From a virus (lineage: Duplodnaviria > Caudoviricetes): a stretch of DNA of 34,224 nt. The notes below the pieces were generated by a model that made no database searches, was not told where the DNA came from, and saw only the letters and a program-made list of their open reading frames with translations. Where the stretch lies: the IMG/VR virus record IMGVR_UViG_3300016636_000019, positions 1-34,224 of that record; one strand, written 5' to 3'. The position numbers were made by a program, and so were the translations under genes. Positions 1 through 7,382 of this stretch are shown in pieces; the first letter of the stretch is position 1; every line of letters begins with the position of its first letter.

Positions 1-154
1 CTATCTGATTACCTTGCACACGCTGAGCTGACGCAATGGGCAAACCACTGGTAAGAATTGTGTACACAAGACCCTGAGTAAACTTGCCATCAGTAGTTCC
101 ATTGTCACACCAAGTGACCATGATTCTATCTTTAACTGATTTAACTTTTGACAT
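1..154 (-). CDS. Glycosyltransferase family 2-like protein, 3' end truncated by the window edge
   Basis: Manual translation MSKVKSVKDRIMVTWCDNGTTDGKFTQGLVYTILTSGLPIASAQRVQGNQI...; ATG overlaps the upstream gene; resembles N-termini of phage GT2-like proteins. The DxD motif is not visible in the window. Confidence 0.5.
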   Translation of the reverse strand, partial: MSKVKSVKDRIMVTWCDNGTTDGKFTQGLVYTILTSGLPIASAQRVQGNQI

Positions 155-314
155 GGTCACCGCCCCATCCTCCACCTTTGAAATGAATGGCAGGTGGTGT
201 AAATACTTTGGTCAGTGTGATGTCACACTTCTCGCACTTAGGGAACGGATCATCAGTAACAATCAGTTCGACAACTGATTCACAGTTCATGCATTTAAAG
301 TCAAAGGTTGGCAC
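141..314 (-). CDS. FmdB-family zinc-ribbon protein (57 aa, absent from the ORF track)
   Basis: GTG start coupled to the upstream TAG; MPTFDFKCMNCESVVELIVTDDPFPKCEKCDITLTKVFTPPAIHFKGGGWGG matches the MPxY/FxxxCxxC...CxxC...FKGxGW pattern. Confidence 0.85.
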   Translation of the reverse strand: MPTFDFKCMNCESVVELIVTDDPFPKCEKCDITLTKVFTPPAIHFKGGGWGGDHVKS

Positions 315-475
315 TATTTCTTTTTCTTCCTTGCTACTGCTGCGTTATCAATTAAGTTTGGGTATGGTCTACCTGCTGCCTTGGCACGAGCACGTGCCTG
401 AGCTTTTTGTTCTGGTGTTAGTGGTGTTGATGTCTTCTTTGGATTAGTTGTTTTCCAAAATGGTTTCTTCTTCAT
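314..475 (-). CDS. Small basic hypothetical protein (53 aa)
   Basis: ATG at 475 overlaps the sigma-factor stop (TAATG); MKKKPFWKTTNPKK...AGRPYPNLIDNAAVARKKKK. Confidence 0.7.
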   Translation of the reverse strand: MKKKPFWKTTNPKKTSTPLTPEQKAQARARAKAAGRPYPNLIDNAAVARKKKK

Positions 476-1113
476 TAGTACGGTGTCATCCCTCCGAGTT
501 TGTCTGCTATATCTTTTATTCCTTTTGCAACCAATTGTTCCACACGTTGAGGGGAAATGTCCCAAGCCTCAGCGATATCCGCAAGTGGCATGTCGTTTAC
601 AAATCTAGATGTTAGTATGCCTTGCATTCTGGGATCTAGTTTCTTCATTGCTCTATCTACATCTGCAATCATTGCTGCCAGATTGTTACCCTCATTGGCT
701 GGCTTCTTAGCCTTGACCCCATGTATATCTGGATCGAAGACTTGGTTAGCCAAGTATGATTCGTTAGTGCCAGCAACTTTAATTAGATTCTCAATTAGAT
801 CTAGACGATAGAAGTATTCATCGCCTAGTTCATAACCAAGTGTGCGAGCTTTTTCTTTGCGAGCGTATCGCTCGCCAGCCCTACGCATGAATGTACTAAA
901 TGCTTTCTGTCCTTGCTTGATCTCAATAGGATCTTCACGAATTAAATACTCAGCAACTTTGTCTCTGCGTTTCCACGCATACTCATTCATTGCTTGTCTT
1001 ATATCTTCAAGCTCCACAAATCTATGGTAACGCTTGGATAAACTCCAAGCCAGAGATACATTGATCTCGTTAACCTCATCCCATATGGGATGATCACGGT
1101 CTAGTTCAGCCAC
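475..1113 (-). CDS. Phage RNA polymerase sigma-70-family factor
   Basis: Region-2-like segment (VELEDIRQAMNEYAW) and region-4 HTH (LDPRMQGILTSRF...PLADIAEAWDISPQRVEQLVAKGIKDI). GTG at 1113 overlapping the endo VII gene is the likely start; the ORF extends to 1134. Confidence 0.8.
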   Translation of the reverse strand: MAELDRDHPIWDEVNEINVSLAWSLSKRYHRFVELEDIRQAMNEYAWKRRDKVAEYLIREDPIEIKQGQKAFSTFMRRAGERYARKEKARTLGYELGDEYFYRLDLIENLIKVAGTNESYLANQVFDPDIHGVKAKKPANEGNNLAAMIADVDRAMKKLDPRMQGILTSRFVNDMPLADIAEAWDISPQRVEQLVAKGIKDIADKLGGMTPY

Positions 1114-1393
1114 GGTCTTTAACCAAATAAGCATGTGCTGCCATCAACATATCTGGATCATCATTAAGTAAACCTAGAACTCTATTGTGAGGCGAACACA
1201 AGAGACCCCGCACCTTGCCAGTCTCGTGGTCATGATCAATATCAAGAGCACGATTCGTATAAGATTTTCCACAGATATAACATCCGCCGTTTTGTTCTTC
1301 AAGCATACGATTATAATCATCAACACTTATTCCATAAGAACGGATCCTTGAGATCCGTTGTTCTTCGTAAGTCTTATTCCGATTTCTTGGCAT
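1106..1393 (-). CDS. Recombination endonuclease VII-family (His-Me finger) nuclease
   Basis: YGISVDDYNRMLEEQNGGCYICG...LDIDHDHETGKVRGLLCSPHNRVLGLLNDD is the typical Endonuclease_7 pattern. Confidence 0.9.
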   Translation of the reverse strand: MPRNRNKTYEEQRISRIRSYGISVDDYNRMLEEQNGGCYICGKSYTNRALDIDHDHETGKVRGLLCSPHNRVLGLLNDDPDMLMAAHAYLVKDRG

Positions 1394-1697
1394 GCTTAGC
1401 CCATACTCCACGCTGCACCATCAATGCAATGATTGCGTAGTTTGCAATATCAACAAACGAATCTTCTAAAGATTCGTTCTTTGGTTTAACATTCTTGTAT
1501 ATCAGATTCTTTAATCGCTCTAGCTTGTCTGACATACGAACCATTAACCCATTGGTTGCACCGCCAGGTGCATTCCAGATATTGAATGGACCATAATCAA
1601 TTTGTTTCTTTACAAGAATTGCCAGCAACTCATCGTATATTTTCTGAGCATCCTCTTCAAACTCAAGGATTAGCTGGTCGGTTTTTTCAGTCGACAA
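1374..1697 (-). CDS. Nucleotide-modification-associated domain 1 protein (Nmad1/DUF1599; MazG-like helical fold)
   Basis: KKQIDYG..NI...GLMVRMSDKLERLKNL...ESLEDSFVDIANYAIIALM; TTG start with AAAGGTG SD. Confidence 0.8.
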   Translation of the reverse strand: MSTEKTDQLILEFEEDAQKIYDELLAILVKKQIDYGPFNIWNAPGGATNGLMVRMSDKLERLKNLIYKNVKPKNESLEDSFVDIANYAIIALMVQRGVWAKHAKKSE

Positions 1698-1709
1698 CGG
1701 AGCACCTTT

Positions 1710-2354
1710 CTAGTTTAGTGCATTGACTAAGTCAGTCAATGCTTGTGCTCCTTGGTTGCAAATTATACTATTAACATCACTGTCAGGCGGTAGCGACACA
1801 CGTACGGCTTGAGGTATTGCATCTTGTAATCTTCTGGCTAGTTCCTGCCCTGGATTTGATCCATCTTCTTTAGCATCATTGTCAGTGCAGATAACTACCG
1901 TACCTATACCATCAAAGCAGCGAGCAAAGTGAGGCTTCCAAGCGTTAACTCCTGCAACAGCGACAGCAGGATGACCAGCAAGTGTTGCACTGATTGCATC
2001 TATCTCTCCTTCTACTATTAGAACTTTGTTAATAGCGTTTAGTATTGCGTCAACATTATATAGGTGGTGCTTCTGACCAGTAGGTATCATGTACTTAGGG
2101 TCTCCACCATCAATGCGACGGAACTTAAACCCTACTACACCAGCCTCAGTTATATACGGAATAGACAGGTGATTCTTAATTCTATCTTCATGCCCAGGTG
2201 CTACCTCTGATACATAACCAAGCATGAACCGACTAGCACCTTCAAGAATCCCACGCTCTTTTAGATACGCCTCTGCTGGTGAACCAGCAAGAGCCTCGTG
2301 ATATTGCTTGGCTGCCCTAGTCCAAAGTTCAATTAGCTTTGGATTAGTTCTCAT
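1710..2354 (-). CDS. DNA primase, catalytic/TOPRIM subunit without a zinc-binding domain
   Basis: AEAYLKERGI, LGYV, IPY, KFRRI..PKY, LIVEGEIDAIS and CTDND (TOPRIM DxD). Likely start is ATG 2354 after AGGAG. Confidence 0.9.
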   Translation of the reverse strand: MRTNPKLIELWTRAAKQYHEALAGSPAEAYLKERGILEGASRFMLGYVSEVAPGHEDRIKNHLSIPYITEAGVVGFKFRRIDGGDPKYMIPTGQKHHLYNVDAILNAINKVLIVEGEIDAISATLAGHPAVAVAGVNAWKPHFARCFDGIGTVVICTDNDAKEDGSNPGQELARRLQDAIPQAVRVSLPPDSDVNSIICNQGAQALTDLVNALN

Positions 2355-2550
2355 CCCACTCCTGCTTTGCCCATAAAGTAAAGTTAATATAAACAAATAT
2401 TAAATCTAATCTTAATACCCTTGCATCTACATATTCAATTAGATCTAGTGAGTCTAGATCTTCATAGACAGATGTCATTGTATGGTATTGGATACCAATA
2501 CCCCAACAATAAATGCGGTTAAACCCTACATATAAACTAAGTCTTCCCAC
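2344..2550 (-). CDS. Hypothetical protein (68 aa)
   Basis: GTG start coupled to the upstream TAG; its stop overlaps the primase start and it fills the gap exactly. Confidence 0.55.
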   Translation of the reverse strand: MGRLSLYVGFNRIYCWGIGIQYHTMTSVYEDLDSLDLIEYVDARVLRLDLIFVYINFTLWAKQEWDEN

Positions 2551-3083
2551 TATTTCTTCTCCTGTCTATGCATTATGAATGGAGGTGCAGTATACACATC
2601 ATTCTTCGCTGCTATCTGCAACGCCTTACGCCATGTTGCGCCTTGTTGTATAGCACCAACCGCATAAGAAGATCCCGAGCCTATCCCATATACCCCATCA
2701 TCACGCAAGAATACCGAGAAGGTATCATCTATCTCATAGATAATTCCATTAACTGCAATTAAAAATAAAAACTCATAGTCATCTGACTTATCATCTGCTA
2801 CCCAACCATTTTCTTTCAAGCACTCACGCATGCTTGGAACTATATCCGTAATCATAAAATGATATTGATCCTTGGTTGAAGGTGGTAGTGCAGGTGGTTT
2901 CCAGATATGTTGGATGGTATCGCATGGCATAGTAGTGCCAGCTCCTGCAATTAAATACTTACCACGCTTGGTAATCTTTGTAATAATAGGATGAGAGTAT
3001 GGTCTACCTTTCTCTGTAGTTGTACGAGAGTCGGCTGCAATAATGCAGTGATCATTCTTTTGTATACCAACAATAGTTGTCAT
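2550..3083 (-). CDS. Proteasome beta-subunit/HslV-like N-terminal-threonine (Ntn) hydrolase
   Basis: M-TTIVGI start giving Thr1, AADSRTT, TKI (Lys33-like), AGAG, YGIGSGSSYAVGA and DVYT; ATG coupled to the upstream TGA. Confidence 0.85.
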   Translation of the reverse strand: MTTIVGIQKNDHCIIAADSRTTTEKGRPYSHPIITKITKRGKYLIAGAGTTMPCDTIQHIWKPPALPPSTKDQYHFMITDIVPSMRECLKENGWVADDKSDDYEFLFLIAVNGIIYEIDDTFSVFLRDDGVYGIGSGSSYAVGAIQQGATWRKALQIAAKNDVYTAPPFIMHRQEKK

Positions 3084-3412
3084 CACTTCCGCAATCTTGG
3101 CGGTGTCCACCGACCATTGGTTCGTCGTCTGCCACGCATTGGCGTGGCAAACTCTTTACTCTTTTCTGATCCTATGTTTTTCTCTGCCCACTTACGAGCT
3201 TCTGAGTATGTTAACTTTTCACGAGCCATGATTATGTGAATACCAGAACCACTACTGTTACAGGCATAACATACCCAGACGCCCTTCTCTGAATTAACTG
3301 AAGCAGACTTACGTGAATCATCATGCACAGGGCAGAGAATAGACTTCTCACCTTGTGGCAAGGTTAATCCATAATGATTAAAGACTGCTTCAAGAAATTC
3401 AGGTTGATTCAT
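3083..3412 (-). CDS. DNA primase zinc-binding (CHC2) subunit
   Basis: CPVHDDSRKSASVN...WVCYACNSSGSGIHIIMAREKLTYSEA is the DnaG-type CHC2 zinc finger. Confidence 0.88.
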   Translation of the reverse strand: MNQPEFLEAVFNHYGLTLPQGEKSILCPVHDDSRKSASVNSEKGVWVCYACNSSGSGIHIIMAREKLTYSEARKWAEKNIGSEKSKEFATPMRGRRRTNGRWTPPRLRK

Positions 3413-3790
3413 TTAATACCAATTCCTTTCTTGATGGAACGACCATGCTTCGCACCAAGTTCCGTAACGATGAAGCACATACTTGTGTGCTTCTGATGTC
3501 TGTTTGAGTATGGACCAATCTGGTTTTGCCCAGAGTAACTGCCATACTCCACGAGCACCACTCGATTTGTTGTACGAGTCGATGTTGTAACGGCTCTCCT
3601 TGTACGCAATCTTCTTCGCACAAGCAGCTTCTCGTTTGTCTGTTGTTACCGTGCTTATCGCTAACTCCAAAGCCTCCTCCTTGTCCAAGGTAGGAAGAAC
3701 TTTCTCTATCGTCATGATAGGAGATTGAGCTAACGCTGGTGTTGATACTACTATCAACATTGTTAATACGGTCATTACTGTCAACCGCAT
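3413..3790 (-). CDS. Secreted lytic-transglycosylase (SLT/lysozyme-like) protein
   Basis: Signal peptide ending PALA; KESRYN..SYNKSSGARGVWQLL...YVLHRYGTWCEAWSFHQERNWY; SD AAGAGG. Confidence 0.8.
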   Translation of the reverse strand: MRLTVMTVLTMLIVVSTPALAQSPIMTIEKVLPTLDKEEALELAISTVTTDKREAACAKKIAYKESRYNIDSYNKSSGARGVWQLLWAKPDWSILKQTSEAHKYVLHRYGTWCEAWSFHQERNWY

Positions 3791-3828
3791 AGTTACCTCT
3801 TTTCAGTTGATAACTAACTGTCACCTTG

Positions 3829-4182
3829 TTATCTATGTCCATTGTAACCTGCCTGTTTAAGCAGATCGACCCAGAGTTGCGCTGGCATTACTGCGTACGA
3901 CTCTGAGACATTTGTAGTGCCACGCTTTTTTATTAGCACCACTCCAGTCTCGGCATCTGCATGAGTCATTTCATTGTCTAACTCTTTCAGATACCCAGAG
4001 AGATCTATCTTCTTTTCATTCTTACATTCTACTACAACACCATCTATCCCATCAATATCACCAACATCATCATGACGACCAGCACCATATGCTCGCTCGG
4101 CACAAGGGAATCCATTAGAGACTAGCCACTTGGCTACGTCTCTTTCGTATTGAGAACCTTTGCGTTTACTTGGTGTTGACAT
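3829..4182 (-). CDS. Holliday junction resolvase (Hjc-like PD-(D/E)XK)
   Basis: KRKGSQYERDVAKWL...ERAYGAG..DVGDI...VVVECKN. Confidence 0.8.
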   Translation of the reverse strand: MSTPSKRKGSQYERDVAKWLVSNGFPCAERAYGAGRHDDVGDIDGIDGVVVECKNEKKIDLSGYLKELDNEMTHADAETGVVLIKKRGTTNVSESYAVMPAQLWVDLLKQAGYNGHR

Positions 4183-4441
4183 AATGATTTACTAATATCT
4201 GTTTAACTTCTATGCCACGTTTCTTTCTAATTCTCATTCGTTCTCTAGGAGAAGTGCCACCCCATATACCATATGACTCATGAGCAAGACCCCACTCTAA
4301 ACATTCTTTCATTACTGGACACTCCTTACATATTTGTTTAGCTTTCCGTTCTTCACTACTAGTAGCACTGTTATGTTCTTGAAAGAAAAACTCTAAACCA
4401 ATTTCTTTACAAGTTGCATTAGTGAAGTCTGGATATTTCAT
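4166..4441 (-). CDS. whiB: WhiB-family Fe-S transcription factor
   Basis: C-x-AKQICKECPVMKECLEWGL..ESYGIWGGTSPRER: four cysteines plus the G[IV]WGG turn. Confidence 0.95.
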   Translation of the reverse strand: MKYPDFTNATCKEIGLEFFFQEHNSATSSEERKAKQICKECPVMKECLEWGLAHESYGIWGGTSPRERMRIRKKRGIEVKQILVNHYVNTK

Positions 4442-4940
4442 TGACTAGTACCTCAATCGGTTGTAATTGATTAGCGTCCATAACTAATCGAGTGCCGTAA
4501 CCATAGTCATGTAGGTAATGATTAGCAAGAAAATTTTCTCGTGTTGTCCAACCAATTACATCAAATAAACTATCCACATGTGGAAGTTGTTTATCCCCAG
4601 AAAACTTTACAAGTACAGCCAAATCAGATACAAATAATTCTGGTGCATTAAATATTAATTGCGGTAGTGTCGACGTCTTAACCTGTATAGATCTTCCCAA
4701 TACTGTCTGGAGGTCGTGTCCGTTATCACCGCTAGGCGTAACCGTATCATCCGTCGGTAACCCAAGGAGCCGAGCACATGCCACCTCACCCAAGCGACCC
4801 ATAAGATTAACGGAATACGAGGAATTATTTTTATCAAACTTACGATCCGTAACATCAAACTCCTTCTTATTCTTTCTAACCCTGTGGATAAACCTAAGTG
4901 AATCCATAATCTCATCTTCAGTTAATTCTATTACTGCCAT
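4419..4940 (-). CDS. Putative PD-(D/E)XK restriction-endonuclease-fold protein
   Basis: GRLGEVA...GDNGHDL...IQVKT pattern (E...D...Q-x-K). Confidence 0.55.
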   Translation of the reverse strand: MAVIELTEDEIMDSLRFIHRVRKNKKEFDVTDRKFDKNNSSYSVNLMGRLGEVACARLLGLPTDDTVTPSGDNGHDLQTVLGRSIQVKTSTLPQLIFNAPELFVSDLAVLVKFSGDKQLPHVDSLFDVIGWTTRENFLANHYLHDYGYGTRLVMDANQLQPIEVLVNEISRLH

Positions 4941-5764
4941 TGTCGCAGTGTCCTTGCTCTATTTAATTCTGCTGGTGAGTTATATAAACTCATATGACTT
5001 GGCTCTACAGATAAAGTAATATAGTTCTCGGCTGTTGGATCTGCCTTACCATGGCGATTCTTTACAACAGCAACCCTGTACACATTGGCTATGCCATCTA
5101 ACGCTACGCTTAGTACCAGTTCAGGTAAGGCGGAGACCTTACCCATTAAAGCTTTACGTGGGGCTGGGTAGTTAGGCTTAGACATCTTTTCATTTTCAGA
5201 TACATGGTGTAGAACTATGAACGCAGATTCATATTCTCTAGCCATGTAATGGAATGCAGACATTGCATCACGCAATGCTGTCCACTCATTGTCGCTGACT
5301 GCAGCGACATTCATTAAGTTATCAATATAGATTGCTGATGGTGGAGCACCGTGCAATTCAATCCAAGCTTCAATCTCTTCTTCAATATCTTGTAAAGAAG
5401 GAGACGGATCAAAACTAAATCGAATATGCCCAGCACCATCAGCCAGTGCATCTTCTAGGAGGACAGATGCCTCCGAGTCCATCATTCTTTCCACATCAGT
5501 TACTGATCTATCCATAAGGATTGCACCTGCACGAAGAGCAATCGTTCGAGAATCAGAGTCTGCTGAAAAGTATAAGGCTGGAGTCTTGGATGTAATTGCG
5601 TACCATAAAGCAAGCATGGTTTTACCACCACCTGGCTGTGCTGCAACCAAGTGTAATTGTGCCTGACGGAATACAACTTGATTGCTGGTGAGTTGAGGTA
5701 GAACTTCAGGAAGGGCATGCCCTGCTGGAGATTCCACTCCTACTACTTGCAATAAGGTACGCAT
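4931..5764 (-). CDS. DnaB-like (SF4) replicative helicase
   Basis: Walker A AAQPGGGKT, YFSAD, Walker B IYIDNL, VLHH and VKNRHG. Confidence 0.9.
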   Translation of the reverse strand: MRTLLQVVGVESPAGHALPEVLPQLTSNQVVFRQAQLHLVAAQPGGGKTMLALWYAITSKTPALYFSADSDSRTIALRAGAILMDRSVTDVERMMDSEASVLLEDALADGAGHIRFSFDPSPSLQDIEEEIEAWIELHGAPPSAIYIDNLMNVAAVSDNEWTALRDAMSAFHYMAREYESAFIVLHHVSENEKMSKPNYPAPRKALMGKVSALPELVLSVALDGIANVYRVAVVKNRHGKADPTAENYITLSVEPSHMSLYNSPAELNRARTLRQWQ

Positions 5765-5767
5765 GGA

Positions 5768-6217
5768 TTACTTAGTCCAGATTGTTTCGGCTTCTACTGC
5801 ACCTACTGTAAATGGCTTTGGTCCTTTAGCAGGATCAAACCAACCTACATAAGCTTTGCCAGCCTTGGAAGTACCCTTCTTCTTTGCATACTTACCACGA
5901 CCATCTGGTAATTCTGGTGCATCTGGATGTCCATATGTCCATTCATTACCATACTTATCTTTGACTACCTCGATAGAGGTTGGTCCAGAACTAACTACTG
6001 TTGGATTTAATCCAGCATTAGTTAATGCCTGCACCGTTTTATCCATTGATGTCATACCGCCACGACCACCTAATGCAGTCTGTAGTTCGGTTGCTGCTTT
6101 GATTGCCTCAATAGCAGCCAACATGTTGGTAGCAAACTCTTCAGCACTATCACCTCGGACAGTGAATAGGTCTGTACTGTTTAGCTTACCTGTATATGAG
6201 AACTTAGATTCAGTCAT
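5768..6217 (-). CDS. Hypothetical replication/recombination-module protein
   Basis: 149-aa ORF with AAAGGA SD between nuclease and helicase; C-terminal KKGTSKAGKAYVGWF. Confidence 0.65.
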   Translation of the reverse strand: MTESKFSYTGKLNSTDLFTVRGDSAEEFATNMLAAIEAIKAATELQTALGGRGGMTSMDKTVQALTNAGLNPTVVSSGPTSIEVVKDKYGNEWTYGHPDAPELPDGRGKYAKKKGTSKAGKAYVGWFDPAKGPKPFTVGAVEAETIWTK

Positions 6218-6894
6218 CTAGTTCGTCCTTTCTTTCCCTTTGTTGTTGGTATTTGCAGTGGGAAATCTTTACTGCCCATTGCTGGACATTTATCTTGGAA
6301 CGAACACATACGGCATGAATCACCTACGGATGGTGGAAACCATCCGTTCAATACCGAATGGTTCATTGCACCAAATACATAATCAAAATAATCTATTGTC
6401 AGGTGCGACAGATCTATCAGATCGTCAAGCGAACCTGTTCTTGTCATGAAGAATGCGCCCCACTTAGGGCGAACACCTAAAGCTTTTTCAATACCAGAGG
6501 CATACAAGCCTGCTTGGATCATACCAAATGGTGTCCTAGAACCTGTCTTGTAATCAACGATTACCAAGTCTTCCCCCACTTGGTAGATCGCATCTACAAT
6601 AAAGCGAACTGGTGTTCCCCCGAAGTGAACATCTGCTGCCCATTCAATTCCAGGACGACCATCTGGCATGGTAGCAATTTTCCAACCAGAAGACTCATAC
6701 CATTTCTGGTAAGCCTCTACTTGTTTAAGTCCATCGCTTTGCCAAAACGATAGATCTTCACCGTCTGGACGTAAGGTGGTCTTACGTCCAGCAGTCTTCC
6801 ACTCTGTCGAGGGAATCCCAGACTTGTCTTCGACTTCCTTGACGGCGTCATTAAATACCTCAAGCCACTTCTGTGTCAAATCAATCGAGGTCAT
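6214..6894 (-). CDS. Cas4/RecB-like PD-(D/E)XK exonuclease, C-terminal fragment
   Basis: GIE...RFIVDAIY...IVDYKTG...QAGLYA and C-terminal CRMCSFQDKC (3 of the 4 Fe-S cysteines). Has its own SD AGAGGTGA; start could be 6900, 6897 or 6894. Confidence 0.9.
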   Translation of the reverse strand: MTSIDLTQKWLEVFNDAVKEVEDKSGIPSTEWKTAGRKTTLRPDGEDLSFWQSDGLKQVEAYQKWYESSGWKIATMPDGRPGIEWAADVHFGGTPVRFIVDAIYQVGEDLVIVDYKTGSRTPFGMIQAGLYASGIEKALGVRPKWGAFFMTRTGSLDDLIDLSHLTIDYFDYVFGAMNHSVLNGWFPPSVGDSCRMCSFQDKCPAMGSKDFPLQIPTTKGKKGRTR

Positions 6895-7105
6895 CATCAC
6901 CTCTTATGTAATCAGGGTTATCCACAGGGGTAGGTGCGGTCATAGGAGAACCACAGTTCGCACAAAATGAATCAAGAAACCACATGATGAGTTCGTAGTT
7001 TTGAAAGATGGCACGTATGACCTGTATGTTTGAGCCACAGTTGATACACTCATTGCTTGGTATACCACGTTGATCAATTGTCAAGTTGCTTCTTGTAAAA
7101 CTCAT
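6881..7105 (-). CDS. Small CxxC...CxxC zinc-binding protein nested between the two nuclease fragments
   Basis: IDQRGIPSNECINCGS...FLDSFCANCGSPMTAPTPVD; ATG at 7105 with GGAG 10 nt upstream; overlaps both flanking ORFs. Confidence 0.75.
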   Translation of the reverse strand: MSFTRSNLTIDQRGIPSNECINCGSNIQVIRAIFQNYELIMWFLDSFCANCGSPMTAPTPVDNPDYIRGDDDLD

Positions 7106-7265
7106 GGTTGAGCCACTCCAGCATGGAGTGGACAGCAGAACCAGCAGCAAGATATACGGCAGGTTTCTCTGGAACCATAGCTACTTTGCTAAGATAGTAT
7201 TTTTGTGGACAGGATTGCCAAGTAGATAACTGGCTATAAGATCTATGAGGGGGAAGTTCGTTCAT
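7074..7265 (-). CDS. Cas4/RecB-like exonuclease, N-terminal fragment (63 aa)
   Basis: HRSYSQLSTWQSCPQKYYL...AAGSAVHSMLE is the PDDEXK_1/Cas4 N-terminal motif (S.S.L..CP..Y; G..VH), ending at TGA 7074. Confidence 0.88.
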   Translation of the reverse strand: MNELPPHRSYSQLSTWQSCPQKYYLSKVAMVPEKPAVYLAAGSAVHSMLEWLNHEFYKKQLDN

Positions 7266-7312
7266 AACCAAATAATAATCTAACCAAGTGACAATCTTAG
7301 GTAACGACACAC
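7266..7312 (-). promoter_or_regulatory. Putative promoter of the replication operon (leaderless mRNA)
   Basis: TATTAT (7277-7272) lies 6 nt upstream of ATG 7265 with no SD; GTGTC/GACAC motif at 7306-7310. Confidence 0.45.
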
Positions 7313-7363
7313 CTGTAATTCTGACCAATAATCTGATAAGGTTGAAGGGTGGTGGGTGGGAAA

Positions 7364-7382
7364 GGCTCGCTCAGGGCGAGCC
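7364..7382. other. GC-rich inverted repeat in the divergent intergenic region
   Basis: GGCTCGC-TCAGG-GCGAGCC, a perfect 7-bp stem. Confidence 0.6.

Noticed and set aside
3399-3842. 147-aa and 70-aa ORFs overlapping the SLT gene
   Set aside because: The 3413-3790 frame has the SD, signal peptide and conserved motifs; the others lack protein-like features.
6880-7080. Group I/II intron or intein interrupting the nuclease
   Set aside because: The gap is only about 180-190 nt and fully occupied by a protein-like ORF. I see no intron core or intein splice residues, and the C-fragment has its own SD and start.
7060-7086. Internal sigma-70 promoter (TTGACA...TATACC) at the nuclease break
   Set aside because: The spacer is only 14 nt, outside the usual 16-19 nt.
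6214-7265. Cas4-like gene as evidence of a CRISPR-Cas system
   Set aside because: No repeat-spacer array or other cas genes; solo Cas4-like exonucleases are common in phage replication modules.
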